Below, in pieces: positions 1 through 14,589 of a stretch of DNA of 64,000 nucleotides. Position 1 is the stretch's first letter. Every line of letters begins with the position of its first letter. The notes beneath the pieces were generated by a model. It searched no databases. It was not told where the DNA came from and was given only the letters and a program-made list of their open reading frames with translations. The stretch is from the NCBI RefSeq assembly GCF_001194135.2, contig NC_068982.1, forward strand, positions 55,822,383 to 55,886,382, written 5' to 3'. Both the position numbers and the translations under genes were made by a program. This stretch comes from Octopus bimaculoides. Its lineage: Eukaryota.

Positions 1-47
1 GTGTGTGTGTGTATGTATGTATGTATGTATGTATGTATGTATGTATG

Positions 48-80
<33 letters not shown>

Positions 81-1335
81 CTCTCTCTCTTTATCTTTAT
101 CTTTTATTTGTTTCACTCATTGGACTGCGGTCATACTGAGGCACCGCCTTAAAGTGTTTAGCTGAACAAATCGACACCAGTGTTTACTTTTTTGTAAAGC
201 TTGGTACTTACTATATCGGTCTCCTTTTGCTGAACTGTTAGATTACACCGACGTAAACAAACCAACACCGGTTGTCAGGCGGTGGTAAGATCAAACACAA
301 AGACATACACACACACATGCTGTGGCTCTCTATAAATAAAAATATCTATAGGCTCCCATGCCAGGGGTCTATTACGTTGTTAAGACGGCCTTGACTTGAC
401 TGTTCCACTTTTTTTTCTTAATCCTAGTCTCATTTGAGATATTTGACAATGTATAATAACAAATATATCAGCATAATTAAAATTTCAGATTATCCGATAA
501 ATACTGTGTAGTGCGTCATTGATTAATTAATTAATTAATTAACTACGTTTTCAGTGAATGCACTGTTATGCAAAGAAGGGTATATCTACCTTAGTTGACA
601 TTTGGATTGTGCCTGATATAAATAACTATAAGCCATCAACCACTCGGTGAGCAGATAAAATGAGTACTTGTTATCTGATGAGTCTCAGACATAAAGATTG
701 TCTCTTGGTAGTAACACTGCTTCTGTCGCTATTAATTATTTCTTAATAAGCCCATGGTTATTTGTGACATCAACACCTGAAGAGATACTGCAGAGTGAGA
801 TTCGGCTGTTATGTCACTGCCGGAAGTCTTCAATCGAGGAGCCCAAAGCAAGGCAAAATCAGGTGCTCCGGCAGTTACGGTGGCTGTAGCAGATGGTTCT
901 CGCTGGTCAGTGGTATAAATAAAAATGCTTTTATCTACCACAAGTCCATATGAGAGGTTCTCATAATGTAACTAACGCAATATTCGGTGTTCTAACAAAA
1001 CATTCACGTTAACTTGGGCATCAAGATTGCCTTTTACTATAAATACTGCTTCTATCACAATTACTCATTTTTCAAGAAATGGCACTGAAGTTCTATATAT
1101 CATAGTCAGTAAGATTCGGTTGTTATGTCGCTACTGGTCGTCTGCAAAAACAACAATAGTCATGTAAATCTTAATTTAATTTTTCTACCTAGGGAAAAAT
1201 AATATTTGTTTGTATTTGTTAACTCTTTAACTGCAAAATTAAATTTCGTGGTTACTCCACTAAGGATGTTAAAATATCTACCGAAAAACAATAGAATTGG
1301 TATTTTCAGCAAGATACGTTGCCTAAGACATATCT

Positions 1336-1494
1336 GGCGTGGCTGTGTGGTAAGAAGTTTGCTTCCCAACCACGTAGTTCCAGACCCAATCATACTTCGT
1401 GGCACTTTGGGCAACTGTCTTCTATTACAACCCAGGGCTTACCAGTGCCTTGCAAGTGGATTTATTAGACGGAAACTGAAAGAAGTCCGTCGTA

Positions 1495-1569
<75 letters not shown>

Positions 1570-1773
1570 CTTTATGTTTGTGTTTGTCTTCCATCACTGC
1601 TTGACCACCGGTGTTGGTTTGTTTATGTTCCTGTAACTTAGCAGCTATGCAGAACGAGGGAGATAGAATAAGTATCAAGTTTAAAATGAGAACTGAGCGT
1701 GATTCGATCGACTAAGTCCTCGAAGGCGGTGCCCCAGCATGGCTGCAGTCCAATGACTGAAACAAGTAAAAGA
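1336..1773 (+). mobile_element. tRNA-derived SINE family A, full length with internal (TA)/(TG) microsatellite
   Basis: Head GGCGTGGCTGTGTGGTAAGAAG with decayed A/B boxes and tail CAGCATGGCTGCAGTC...AACAAGTAAAAGA. Other copies at 2501-2893(-), 27975-28308(-), 46061-46463(-), 110-310(-), 9750-9940(-), 28535-28680(+), 29570-29750(+), 33370-33580(+), 45880-45980(-). Confidence 0.8.
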
Positions 1774-2500
1774 TATGACATTCTTTTACAAAAGATAGAT
1801 TGGTATATAAGACTACTTTCCCCAGTTAAGGGTAGTGAAATTTTGACTGGATATATCTGATTTTTCCAGTAAAAGGGTTAAAAAGCTGGAAAAGACGCAG
1901 CGAGGCTAAAATTGTATATGTTAATCTACAATTCAGATTACATGAATGTGCTTTAATTTTTGAAATGGAAACAGCGAAGCCGAAAGCCGCTGCGTGAGTG
2001 TGTAAATGTGTGTTGGTTTTATTTTATTGTGGCCATGAACTAGCTTAGCAAAATCCTCATGTTTGGCCTGATTTCACAAAAAAACCCTTCTTCACCCCTG
2101 TACCACACTCTATCCAGTCAATGGCAGAAGGACACGTGATAGTTCTTTGTCACTTCAACGTAAATCAATGACAGATTTTTTAAAACATTTTTGGAAGGCT
2201 AAACTTAGTTGGTGTATGTATATGTGGAGGTGTGAATATATTTGCTGTACACGTGTATTGGTGTTTGTATGTTTTATGTGCCTATTTATTCTTGCTAGTA
2301 TAAACATGTATGTATATATGTATCTATGTCTGTATGTATGTATGTATGTATGTATGTATGTATGTATGTATGTATGTATGTATGCATGCATTCTAATTTG
2401 CATGCGTAATTTTGGAACGTGTGAGAACTTGTTTGAAAGAGTATGTACATGTACGTATGTATGTGTGTGTGTCTGTGTGTGTATTTATATACCTTTTACC

Positions 2501-2693
2501 TTTTATCTTTGTTTCAGACATTGGCCTGCGGCCAAGCTGGGGTACTGCCTTGAATTTTTAGTCGAATGAATCGACCCCAGTATTTATTTTTAAGCCTGAC
2601 ACTTATTCTATCGGTTTCTTTTGCCGAACCGCTAGAAGATGGGGACGTAAATACACCAGCATCGGTTGTCAAGTGGTGATGGGGGACAAGCAG

Positions 2694-2736
<43 letters not shown>

Positions 2737-2893
2737 TATATGAGGGGCTTCCTTCACTTTCCGTCCATCAAATCCACTCACAAGTCTTTGATCGGCCTGA
2801 GGCTATAGTAGAAGACACTTGCCCAAGGTGCCACGCAGTGGGACTGAACCCGGAACTATGTGGTTGGGAAGCAAGCTTCTTACCACACAGCCA
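2501..2893 (-). mobile_element. SINE family A copy with internal (CA)n
   Basis: Reverse complement of the 1336-1773 element. Confidence 0.8.
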
Positions 2894-3066
2894 TTCCTAC
2901 ACCTATGTATATAAACGTGGGTATATTTATATCTCTTGGTATACATCTCTGTTTGTACGAATATGTATGTTATTGTTTGACCTCAAGCCATCTCTGATCG
3001 AGCAAATCTACAATTAAAGGCATTCTAGCCGTGACTATCCTGTCGTTGCATTTGTGGTTTACACGC

Positions 3067-3114
<48 letters not shown>

Positions 3115-3499
3115 NNNNNNNNNNNNNNNNNNNNNNNNNNNNNNNNNNNNNNNNNNNNNNNNNNNNNNNNNNNNNNNNNNNNNNNNNNNNNNNNNNNNNN
3201 NNNNNNNNNNNNNNNNNNNNNNNNNNNNNNNNNNNNNNNNNNNNNNNNNNNNNNNNNNNNNNNNNNNNNNNNNNNNNNNNNNNNNNNNNNNNNNNNNNNN
3301 NNNNNNNNNNNNNNNNNNNNNNNNNNNNNNNNNNNNNNNNNNNNNNNNNNNNNNNNNNNNNNNNNNNNNNNNNNNNNNNNNNNNNNNNNNNNNNNNNNNN
3401 NNNNNNNNNNNNNNNNNNNNNNNNNNNNNNNNNNNNNNNNNNNNNNTATATATATATATATATATATGTATGAGTGTGTGTGTATGTGTGTGTGAAGTT

Positions 3500-3790
3500 A
3501 TAGTTCGGGTGTAATACCTGCAGATTTCGTTGGACAACTGACTTCTACTACTGTGCTATTGGGGCGAATGTTATAGCTGCTGCATCACACCACATTGATA
3601 GAAAGCTGTGTGATAACATTTTTAACAGCTGTTTATGATGTTTATTCTTCAATATCCGAATCAATTATCACATCTGGGTGTTTTACCTTCATCCCTATCC
3701 TGTTGTGTATCAGGTATTTTGTTATTTCTTGTTCGCGGCTTGCAAGAGCGTATCCTTGAAAGTAAGAGTCAATATACGGGTTAATGTATG
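3500..3790 (-). mobile_element. R4/Dong-like LINE fragment (pre-zinc-knuckle region)
   Basis: GYALASREQEITKYLIHNR...KTPRCD...IE.INII resembles the EG...AIQEQEI.TKY...CD..CRLC region; heavily decayed. Confidence 0.45.
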
Positions 3791-3860
3791 CTATAATGTC
3801 TGAAAGTGTATATGTACATATGTATACGTTTATGTGTTTGTATGAGTACGTATATGTGTG

Positions 3861-3892
<32 letters not shown>

Positions 3893-4252
3893 TGTATGTA
3901 TGTATGTATGTGTGTATGTATGTATGTATGTATGTATGTATGTATGTATGTATGTATAAATGCGTGTGTACGAGAGGGAATAATTATAGAGCAGCTAGTG
4001 AATCTAACGGGTTTATTTGAGTTGGCAAAATCGCGGGTTATCGATTTTCTAGTCAGAGAATTTCATGTACGGTGACAGATCAACCTTGAGACATTTTTGA
4101 CAAACGACTTAAAGTAGCAAATACTTTTTTGGCGGACATTTTCTATGTGCGCTAAGATTAGATGCCAGGGATATTTTTAGTAAGGGAGAGGAACGGAGAT
4201 ATAAAGAAAACGAGCATCAGAAAAAGAAATAATAATAATAATAATAATGATG

Positions 4253-4290
<38 letters not shown>

Positions 4291-5557
4291 GTGAAGTGAA
4301 AGAAAAGATTAGAGAGTGATTGTATCAGCTGCCTTGAGATTAGAATAAACAGAAAAGATAGTAAAGGGAGTGTTGCACAGTTTTTTTTAATAGTTTATTT
4401 TGTTTAAATTATTTAAGTCGAGCTTTGTTGAGACCAAAATAAGACAAATTTAGCCTTGAATAAATCACCCGAGGTTAAAATATATCTATCAGCACATTCT
4501 TTTTGTTCAAAGGTTTTCTGTTCAAGGTTTTGGTGACTCATAGACCAGAAGAATCACTAGAAATACCAGGAAAGGTGTGATTACCAAATTAGAACATTGT
4601 TTTCACTGTAGAATCAAAGGAAGAATTAAACATAAAATTAGGCGAAGAAAAAAAACAAAACCCACCTGGCTATTTCCCAGCCCGTATTGGAAACAATCAT
4701 TCTTGTAATCTTTTAGTTGAGCCATATACTTCTTTAGGTAGAATGAAATACTCTTTTATTTTCTGTATTAAGAAATACGAATTTCTGTACGTGTATCCGC
4801 ATGGCTTTTGGGGTTATAGACTCAGCTCTCTAGGGGTCTACCCCCACAAATGGCACATATTTGCAACCAGGATACTACCGAGAGTGTTTCTATTTTACTT
4901 AGTCCATTAGTCTGCGGCGCAAAAATCAGACAAGCCTATAACGCCTTTAGTTCTTTCTTACAACCAGCAAAATTTGGACTGTGTGACAAACGAGAAGGAA
5001 TAGAAGTATAGAGAGTAAAAAAAAAGCTGGATATTGGTTGAGGAATTGTATTTAATCTATTCAGAAATTGTATGATAAATTATGAAAATAATTAACAGTC
5101 TTGCTGTTCTTTTAACATTTATATGTTTCGGTAATAAAGGAGTCTCCATTTTGGTTTTAGAAAAGATGCTTCTGAGTAACAATTTTGTTATTGATTAAAC
5201 CCTTTTCTTCCATGCGAAATATATGAAACATGTACTAATAGTCAGTTTCTCTATTTTTGAGTTCATTCTCCAAGAAGAAAAAGTTCTTTTATTTCATGAA
5301 CCAAATGAAATATTTCTTTGAAATTAGAATTTGCAAGCAGTAAAAATTGTATATATTTTCCATTGAAATGACTTTAAAATTGTACAGATCAATATCAAGG
5401 TAGAAAGGTGGCAAACAAGATCAGAAGTGTTGAGAAACGATATATTTTAAAAAGATAAAAAGACCCCATTCCTCCCGGAATAGTGAAAAATCTGTGGATT
5501 CCAAAAAAAGGTGAGAAAAGATCCAGTGAAGCTTTTGCTCGATATGATCAGGTGAAG

Positions 5558-5770
5558 ATTTAAACCGGCCATATTTGGCCCAGATAGTCTACTCGATTTA
5601 TGTTCATGATAACCAGACCCAACCTCTCACACCTACCATACGATGTCATCCTAAAAATAAACAATCACGTCATCAAAATCGCAAAGCTACGAAATAATGG
5701 ATGATTAATTTAAAACGATGTAAATGAATAAGCATTATGTTTGAGAGTAATCTGAATGCTAAAGGGTTAA
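5558..5770. mobile_element. MITE remnant ending in AATGCTAAAGGGTTAA (piggyBac-like TTAA/CCC terminus)
   Basis: Right end is ...AAAGGG followed by TTAA; the left end appears truncated. Confidence 0.35.
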
Positions 5771-6349
5771 ATTAGACAAGTCATTAAAATTTAGCTGTAT
5801 TGAAGCTGCAAAAGATCTGGTGAAGTTTTGACTCGATAAATTTTCCCACGATAAAATGTATTTATGCAAGTACTAAGATAGAGACGCGAGTAAAATTAAT
5901 AATAAAGAAGCGAAAATAAAACTTTGGAAACAGCCTAAAGGGAGATAATTGAGAAAGACATGAAAGTCAACGTAAGACCGTAATCATGTAAAGTAAATAT
6001 AACAAATAATCCAGAATTCTTGTCCGGTACCAGATCAATCCCCAAATCTAATCAGTTCGTACCCGTCACGAGGCCAAACATCACTGAAAGTTTCATCCGA
6101 ATCCATCCCGCGGTTCTTGAGATATCTTGTCCACGGACAAAAAACAAGCAATCACGACTGAAAACAATACCTTCGCTTTCGCTTAGGCGGAGGTAATAAC
6201 AATCCTTTCCACCAAAGCACAAAGCCCGAAATTTGGGGGGAGGAGGGCTAGTCAATCATCAGGACCCCAGTGTTTAACTGGTACTTGATTTATCGACCAC
6301 GAGGCAAATAATGTAGTTAACCAAAACAAAGAAACGTAGAGATCACAAG

Positions 6350-7855
6350 AGAAAAAGTTGAAAAATGTCTTGAAAAGGATGTCAAACTGGATATATCCCG
6401 AACCAGATTTGGTCCAGGGATTTTGGCTAAAAAGTTTTACCTTAATTCACGACAGAATGTTGTACTGACATAGGTGTTGTTCCCGAACAGATGATGAAAG
6501 GCAGGGCGGTGTTGAGAGTGAAATATCAAAAGGAAGGAAATGTAACAAGTAACTATCGATGAATAGCTTATCTTCAACTGATGCGAAAGTTGTTGATAGT
6601 TGTTATTGCAAAGGATGTGTATAGATATCTTGAGAAGGGCTGTCTACTGCCAGAAGAGCAAAAAGGGTGTAGAAAAGGTTCCAGAAGGACAAACAACCTA
6701 TTAAATATAGATCAACATGCCTTCCGAGAAGTCAAAAGCAGAAAGGAAAACCTAGCAACGGCATGGATTGATTACCATACGGTAATGTGCTACACTCATG
6801 GACCCAAGAATGTCTCACTATATTTGGGACGATAGAGAATGTTATTCGGCTCTTACAAAACAGTATGGTAAAATGGAAAACTGTGCTGACATCTAGTGAA
6901 GATGAGTTGACTGAAGTCAGCATAAGTAGAGGAATATTCTTGTGGTTGGTCTCATCCTTCTCAGATTAACCTTGAGAGAGACTAAATGATGCAACAAATT
7001 TAGCAGTGGTAAGAAAATAAACTACCCACTGTTTATGGACGGCTTGGAATTATTTGCCAAAAGTGAGGAAGAACTAGAGACTTAGAATTGCGAGTGACGA
7101 CATTGGTATGAAGTTTGGAATTGATAAATGTGTGATGCTAGTAATAAGAAGAGGAAAATATCCAAGTCAGAAGGCATCAATTAAACAATGAATAAAGGTG
7201 ACAGTTACAAATACTTTGGTGTATCAAAGGTAGATAGAATTCCCTGTCAAGAAATGAAGCAGGAGGTGAGAAATGAATATTTTAGGACAGTTAAAAGGGT
7301 GCTTAGCTTAAAACTGGATGAAGTTAAAATCATCTCTGCAGTAAAAACATGGGCGATGTTTCTAATAAGATATTGTGCTACTTTCCTTAACTGAACTAGA
7401 GAAGACCTAAGAAGCATAAACCTTTAAGTCGGAAAGACAATAACCATGTGTAGGTCATTACATCATAGAAACGTTGTTGATAGGTTATACCTACCACGGA
7501 ATGAAGGAAGGGAGATGACTGATATAAAAAGAACACTGCATGGAGATGGCAGAACGGGGTATAGAAGAGTATATGAAAAATAGCACAGAAAGATTGATTT
7601 TATCTGCCAGTGGAGAAGAGAAAGAAGAAAACAGGATTGAGAAAGAAACATCTGGAGAAAAGCGCTCCACGGTCAGCAACTCAGACAAATGCTGAAAGTT
7701 GCAGCAAATGAACCTTGGTTCTGCTTGAAGAATAGAGAACTCAAAAAAGAACGGAAGGACTCATGGCTGTTCAAAGCCAGGCATTACGAACTAATATCAT
7801 TAGGGTAAGATTAGACAGAACCGTGGAAAGTGCTTAATTGAAGAATGTGTAGGGA
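6350..7855 (+). mobile_element. Decayed R4/Dong-like (RLE-class) non-LTR retrotransposon, reverse transcriptase region
   Basis: Frameshifted translations include RMSNW..PDLVQGFWLK, LLPEEQKGCRKGSR, NLATAWIDY, ISRGIF, YKYFGV, RNVVDRLYLPRNEGR, QALRTNIIRVRLD and RMC, all typical of R4/Dong RT through to the zinc knuckle. Confidence 0.85.
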
Positions 7856-8394
7856 CATGCTCAACTGATTAAAGTCAAGGAGCTGACAGCAAATCTGCGG
7901 TATTGAGCAGAATATTTGCTGCAGCCCATCTTTTAGACCAAGACGAATACATTTACATGTTAACACTTCTAAGCAGTTAAGGCCAGAAGCCATGAGAGAC
8001 ACTGCCTTGTACTTACTATCCTCCTCCTCCTCCTCCTCCTCCTCCTCCTCCTNNNNNNNNNNNNNNNNNNNNNNNNNNNNNNNNNNNNNNNNNNNNNNNN
8101 NNNNNNNNNNNNNNNNNNNNNNNNNNNNNNNNNNNNNNNNNNNNNNNNNNNNNNNNNNNNNNNNNNNNNNNNNNNNNNNATTTGCGTTATCATAAGCAGA
8201 GATTATATTTAAAACGGCATAGTATTGTGAACGGACCAAATAAAAGAAATTTCGATATTGTAGAAGATTAAAGACCAAGATTAAATAACTAGAAATAGAA
8301 ACAGACAGATTTCTGGTGTCTTTGGTTACTAAAATTAACAGTAGCAGCTGCAACTCCAGAAGTTCCTACAAGTTACCTCAACTACTACTACTAT

Positions 8395-8456
<62 letters not shown>

Positions 8457-10097
8457 AATCACGGCGATGGCTGCCGCTGCCGCGAGCTTCCCTCGTTAGC
8501 AGCCTCTACATCGGGGATCTTCACACTTTTTCAACTAACACCCTTTTTCTTTTAATAATATATTTTCAACGTCCATCTTACTACGAGTCAACGCCTCTCT
8601 TTTAAACGTACGTACACGTAAAGTTAACATGCAGCTTACCGTCGTAAAACAACGCGAAAGTAAATTGTCCTAAAAATAATGATATTAAAAACTGCGATAA
8701 AAACCGGAAGTAACGATAGTGACATCCTATAATATCACGTAAACAATGTATGTGACATAACTAATTTATAGAACGTACATAATTTCGTTCTGTGGAAAGT
8801 CTCTAACCCACATATACATGAGCTGAATTACTCTTGACAGAGTCAAAAGGATATTTTTTCAAGGAAGGAATTGGCTCGTATAATCCGACTGAATCACCAA
8901 GAACAACGCCACCGATTCCTGTCAATTCTCTCTCTACAGTTTATTAATCGTGCAGGATTATTGCATTGCTTATATATAACTGTGCTGGCTATTATGCATC
9001 GACATGCAAGGCATTAAATTGCTTGTTCAGTAGTATTCGTTACAGGGTATAGTATGTTGGAACAGTGTACCTAAGCTACTATTTCTGAAATACTTAACAC
9101 ATCACTAAAATGTACTCTGTAAATAGCATAATGAGGGAGTTCTTTTTGTTCTTTTCATGAAATGTCATGTTATCGTCACTTTCGGTTTCTATCGCAATTT
9201 ACCTTAATTTTACATAGGAGAATTTACTCTCACTTTTTTACGACCGTAAATCGCAATAGAACCTACACGTAATATCAAGCTAGAGTAATTTGTTCCGGTA
9301 CTAGTTTGATGCGAATGACTACTTACCAAAGCACCAACATGCTATGAGGGAATATTTGACGCATCACTGCATAGTTATCAACCCAACCTTTAGCAAAATG
9401 TTTTCAATTACTGCCACTTTTCTTTTACTAACACTATTTGAACACCCTTCCCAATCATTTTAATGTATATACATGTAATATCAAGCCATATAACTTTAGT
9501 TCTGGATACTATCTTAAAACGGGTGTCTACTTATCTTGGCACCAACTTGTTATAAACGAACATTTGACTCATTATCCCTTAGTTATTGGACCTAACCATT
9601 CCCTAAACTTAAGCACGTAGCTTTAGTGTTTCATATATAGCTCGTCGATGCCAGTTGATATTTATCTTTATATTCCGATTTATAATTGCCGCTGTTATTG
9701 TTGTTGTCGTTGGTGTGATTGTGGTTAACAAGCAGCTTATTACACCATTTATCCTTTGCTTGTTTCAGTTATTGAACGATGCATCCTTGAAAGGTTTTAG
9801 TTGAACGAATTGATCCCATTACTTACTTTTTAAAACCCGGTACTTATTCTATCAGTCTCTTTTCGAAGAATCGTTAACTTACGGGGACGTAAACAAACCA
9901 CTACCTGTTGTCAAGCGGTGGTGGGGAACAAGTACAAACACAAAGACACACACACAAAGACACACACACAAAGACACACACACAAAGACACACACACAAA
10001 GACACACACACACTCATGTGTATATATACATATACACATATCCCTCTCTTTCTCTCTCTCTTTATCCTCCTCTCTCTCTCTCTCTCTCTTTATCCTC

Positions 10098-10161
<64 letters not shown>

Positions 10162-11459
10162 GATTTAATATCATCTGAGTAATAACTTTATTGCGTGCTT
10201 TCCAAAGCTCCTCTATGGATATCAGCTACCATACGCTATCATACAGCAGGAATTCTTTTTTTACTGGATATACATGTGGAAATCCGTTAATATCCTCAGA
10301 ATTCATACAAAAGAATTTTAGTACAAGAAGCTGAAGTGAACAGATTTTAATCCAAATCACTACAATTGTTTCTGTGCATAATATAAGCTGGTAATTGCTG
10401 AGTGTTTCTCATATTGTACACATTATTACATTAATATTATCCAATAATAGCTGTATACCTCCACGTCTTCAGGTGAGTGTGATTGAAAGCAGATCTGTAG
10501 AGCGTGCTTGTTAACCACAAAATCATGTTTCCAACACAAAGACAAACATATTTCCATAGCTGCTCATGAGGGGTGCAGATAACAAATAAAATATTTAAAA
10601 TGAATTATAAAAAATAAATACAGTTTATCCGGTTTTCTTTCTGAAACATTACTAAATGCCGTTGGTATATTGGAACGATCTCATCACCTGATGCTCTCTG
10701 AACAAGAACGGAGATAACATCAACATCAACACAATAAAACATGGTGCTATTTCTCCTGTCAATTAAGTGGGTGGGGAAGTCACTCGGAGACTACTATTAC
10801 AACATACGTATTAAGGCTGTGAAGCATTATAAATATGGATGCCAACACAGAAGGATAATTATTAGACCAAGTTGTAGGGACTGAATATAGACAAACGATA
10901 AACGGATAGAAAACTAAAAATAACGTGGCTGTATTTCGTCGGTCTGTATTTTACTATCGACTCCACTAAGGAGGAGTTTGTAGCAAAGTCATTTGTCGAC
11001 TAACCCACTAACTGTACATATAGAATAGAACTTAGAAACTTGAGTTTCTCATGATGAGTTCAGTTAGAAACAGCAGCAGCAGACTTGAGTTTTGCCTTTT
11101 CAATTGTTGAGTTAGGTAAATAACGTTAAACCATTTACTCACACTCACCCAACACAGATGAATTCTACTTATTTTGTATCTTACTCCAATATTCCTCTCA
11201 ATCTTGAAATTTAATCGGATACAATTTCTTTCTGTGTTTCATTTGTCATTCTGAATTTCACTCTAAAACATTTAACTGAGTTCACGTAATCATTTCGCCA
11301 GCTATTATCAGCTACATTTCTTCTTTAAGGAGAAATATATAGCAAAATACAGCAATATTAGCATGCGTGAGAGAAGGTGTTTGTTTTCTTCACCGTTCGC
11401 TGAATGCACATATTAACTCATTTCAAGGGATGCGAAATCTATTTAAATCTTTTTTACCA

Positions 11460-12370
11460 CCGTTAATAAAACACACATTCTCTGATGCTACCAAATTCTT
11501 CGGCCCAACAAGCAGCTTGAGGGAGACTGAGGTCTTGCACAATCCAGCCCCTGCTCACCCAAAACTGGATCCTATTGCTACGGTAGACAAATTTCTGAGC
11601 CAAAATTCTGCTACTTGTGAAGCATCCTGTCAAACAATACCCAACCGGATGGAGAGATCACCTAGCGATTGTCTAAGACAAGTTCAACTTTCGGTCGACT
11701 CCTGTACAGACTGTGGAGAGATCATGGAATCTATTTGGCCACAAAGGTAAAAGTGTATGAAGAAGTAGTGTTTACTTCTCTTCTATATGGCTTTGAGGCA
11801 GGAATATTCTACATGCGCCATATTAAATGTCTTGACTCTTTCCATTTCCGCTATTTTCGTCCAATTTGCAGCGTCAATTGGCAGGACAAAGTCCCCAACA
11901 CAGAGGTTCTTGCAAGATGTGACATTCTAGGTACAGAGAATTTCGTTATCAAAGTGCCTCTGTGATGGTTTGGCCATGTGGTTCGAATAGAAGACTCTCA
12001 CCCAAATCCCCTCGCCTCTATGATCAGCTTTGCTCTGTGCCAGGCACCAAGACTGCCCGCTGCTCCGATATAAGGACATTATAAAGACCTGCTTAAAACC
12101 TGCAAGATGAACCTGAAGACATGGAAATAAATAGCACTGAATAAAACTCAGTGCAGAAGCTGTCACTACTACGCCATCGCTGACTTTGAGGCACCCAGGA
12201 TCAACACCCAGAAAGAGAAAAGAACCGGGCGTAGAGCCGAGCCCAGTCTACCCCAATAATGACGGAGACCAGAATAGCGCCCTTGCAAAGGATCTTCAAA
12301 TCCTGGATAGGTCTGAATTTCTACATGAAACGACACGGCAAAACATGGAACTAAGAGCACTATGGATGCA
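11460..12370 (+). mobile_element. Decayed RTE (BovB-like) LINE, C-terminal RT/thumb region
   Basis: FSDATKFFG..SLRETEVLHNPAP, SKTSSTFGRL..RLWRDHGI.LATKVKVY..VVFTSLLYG, WQDKVPNTEVL, WFGHVVRIED and RYKD motifs, with frameshifts. Confidence 0.85.
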
Positions 12371-12399
12371 CACACATACACGCGTGCGTGCGTGTGTGT

Positions 12400-12646
12400 G
12401 AAGGCACATGGCTTAGTGGTTAGGGTGTTGCACTCACGATTGCGAGATCGTGGGTTCGATTTAGAGACCAGGCGTTGCATTGTGTTCTTGAGCAAAGCAC
12501 TTCATTTTATGTTGCTCTGCGATCATTTTGTCATCTGATATGTGGCACACGAGCACCTGTACAGATAAGGTCGATTTGATGCAGAGAGTGAACTTATGTG
12601 TACAGAGATATTTGATCACTACAAACAAATAATCTGTGGTTGCTCG
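12400..12646 (+). mobile_element. tRNA-derived SINE family D (second copy at 20084-20370)
   Basis: GGCACATGGCTTAGTGGTTAGG...GGTTCGATT...TGTGTTCTTGAGCAA...GATCACTA.AAACAAAT shared between both copies. Confidence 0.7.
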
Positions 12647-14589
12647 TGTGTGTATGTTTGATACATTTCTGTGTGTATGCATATTTATGATGTATGTGCG
12701 TCTGTGTGTGCATGTTTGTATGTATATTTATGATGTATGTGCGTCTGTGTGTGCATGTTTGTATGTATAGCGCAAGGAAATAGTACTGCTGACTTAAACA
12801 ACAATCACTAGTCGTTCACCTAAAGTACATACACTTAATTGGAGTAATTTGTATGCGTCTGTAAAGACTGGAATCTTGCATGAATTTTTACTCATGTTCC
12901 TCGGTGACATTCCAAAACAACCATAAACAATAATACTAAACAACTGGTTTATTTGCATTTTCATAGCATGCTTTAAGTCCACATAAAATTTGCTTCGTCT
13001 ATTTACATTTATCTTCTATCAATGTCTCTGGTAAGAAGAAAAAGTTAATTGAATGCTTATAAATGTCAGAGATTCGTTTATAATATAATGACAACGTGAA
13101 ACGCCTGAGTAATTTGTAAAGGAAGGGATGCATTTTGATCGAGATGTCGATGTCTGATAATTAGTATGACTACATAGGTATTCAGAGTTTCATAGGAATG
13201 CAAGTTTGATCGAAAAGAATTTCTGTTGATGAATCAAAGTTCTTAATTTCAGAGATAAAACATTCAAACGTCAACTTTTGCATTTATTTACTGTTTTACT
13301 TGTTAATTTGCAGTTCAAAAATTGAGGTACAATGCTTTCTATTATAGGTGCAAGGCCTGAGATTTTATAGGGAGGGATTAGTCAATTACATTGACCCAAA
13401 TGCTCCACTGGTATTTATTTTATCGATCTCGAAAGGATACATGGCAAAGTCGACCTCAACGACATTTGAATTCAGAACGTAAAGACGGAAGAAATACTGC
13501 TAAGCATTTTGTCCAGTGCAATACTAACTCTGCCAGCTGGCAACCTTAGAATTAAAGAATAATGACAACCAAATGAAAGAGATGGCTTCATGACTTGCAA
13601 ATTCGTATCCTATTCAATACTGCGGTGATCATTTTTTTTTTGAAACCATATTGATTTATATATTATTTTATTCTTGGCACAAAAGAAGATGCAAGGGAGA
13701 ACTAGAATATTACTGGTACTTTATTTTATCGACATCCGAAGGATAATCGACACAGTCAAGCTTGGTGAGATTTAAATTCAGAACAATGTCAGACGGATGG
13801 CTGAATCAGTTGGGCATCAGACACAATAACCTACGGCATTTGGTTGCATCCTTTTATGTTCTGAGTTCAAATCCCTCCTACTTTCACTTTGCTTTTCATC
13901 TTGTAGATGTCAATGAAATAGATACCAATCAGTAATATAAGTACTGTGATCATAGTAAACGATAGTATTCTATTTAGACAGATGTGTTCCAATATAACCA
14001 CAATCCAATAATTGGAGCCAGTAAAAGATTGAAAGAATATACTTTAATGAAACTATTCAGTAAAGGATCTTATGCTGTATTGTCTCTGTCACCTCTTCCA
14101 CCCTCATGTTGCTTGTTAATAAACGTTTCAATAATAAACATTTCGATAATGAGCGTTTTGATAATAAACATTCTTAAAATAATTTGTCAGGGTCTTTGTT
14201 TTTTTTTCTTTGTATTTACTACCACTATCGAAACTTTTATCAATATACCAACATATTTTATTCTTGTTTCCTTGACGCTAAAAGGATTGGTGTTGCGATT
14301 TCTGGGATCCATGTAACTGCTAGAAATGTATAGCAACATTTGTCCAAGTGTTCGCTGCATAAATGTTTAGATTTATTACAGACTGCATAAATATCACCAA
14401 ATCAGGAGCAACAATTTTGTTGTAATCTCGGACCTTCTTGAAGACATCGAGCATTAAATTTGTCACATAAAAGTTTAAGCAAACGTCTCTGTAGATAGAA
14501 GCAGATTGAACAGAATTTTGTTTTTGAAATTTCAAAAATAAAACACCCCAATCTCAAACCTCGGAAAATAAATCGTAATATATGCTTAC

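Noticed and set aside
675-696. CTGATGA-GTCT-C-AGAC hammerhead near-match
   Set aside because: Followed by ATAAA rather than GAAA, stem II has a 1-nt loop, and no stem I or III is present.
14221-14330. Possible next protease exon starting GYMDPRN after TTCTAGCAG
   Set aside because: The phase fits, but the downstream frame has no LG.H, HP.Y or DIAL motif.
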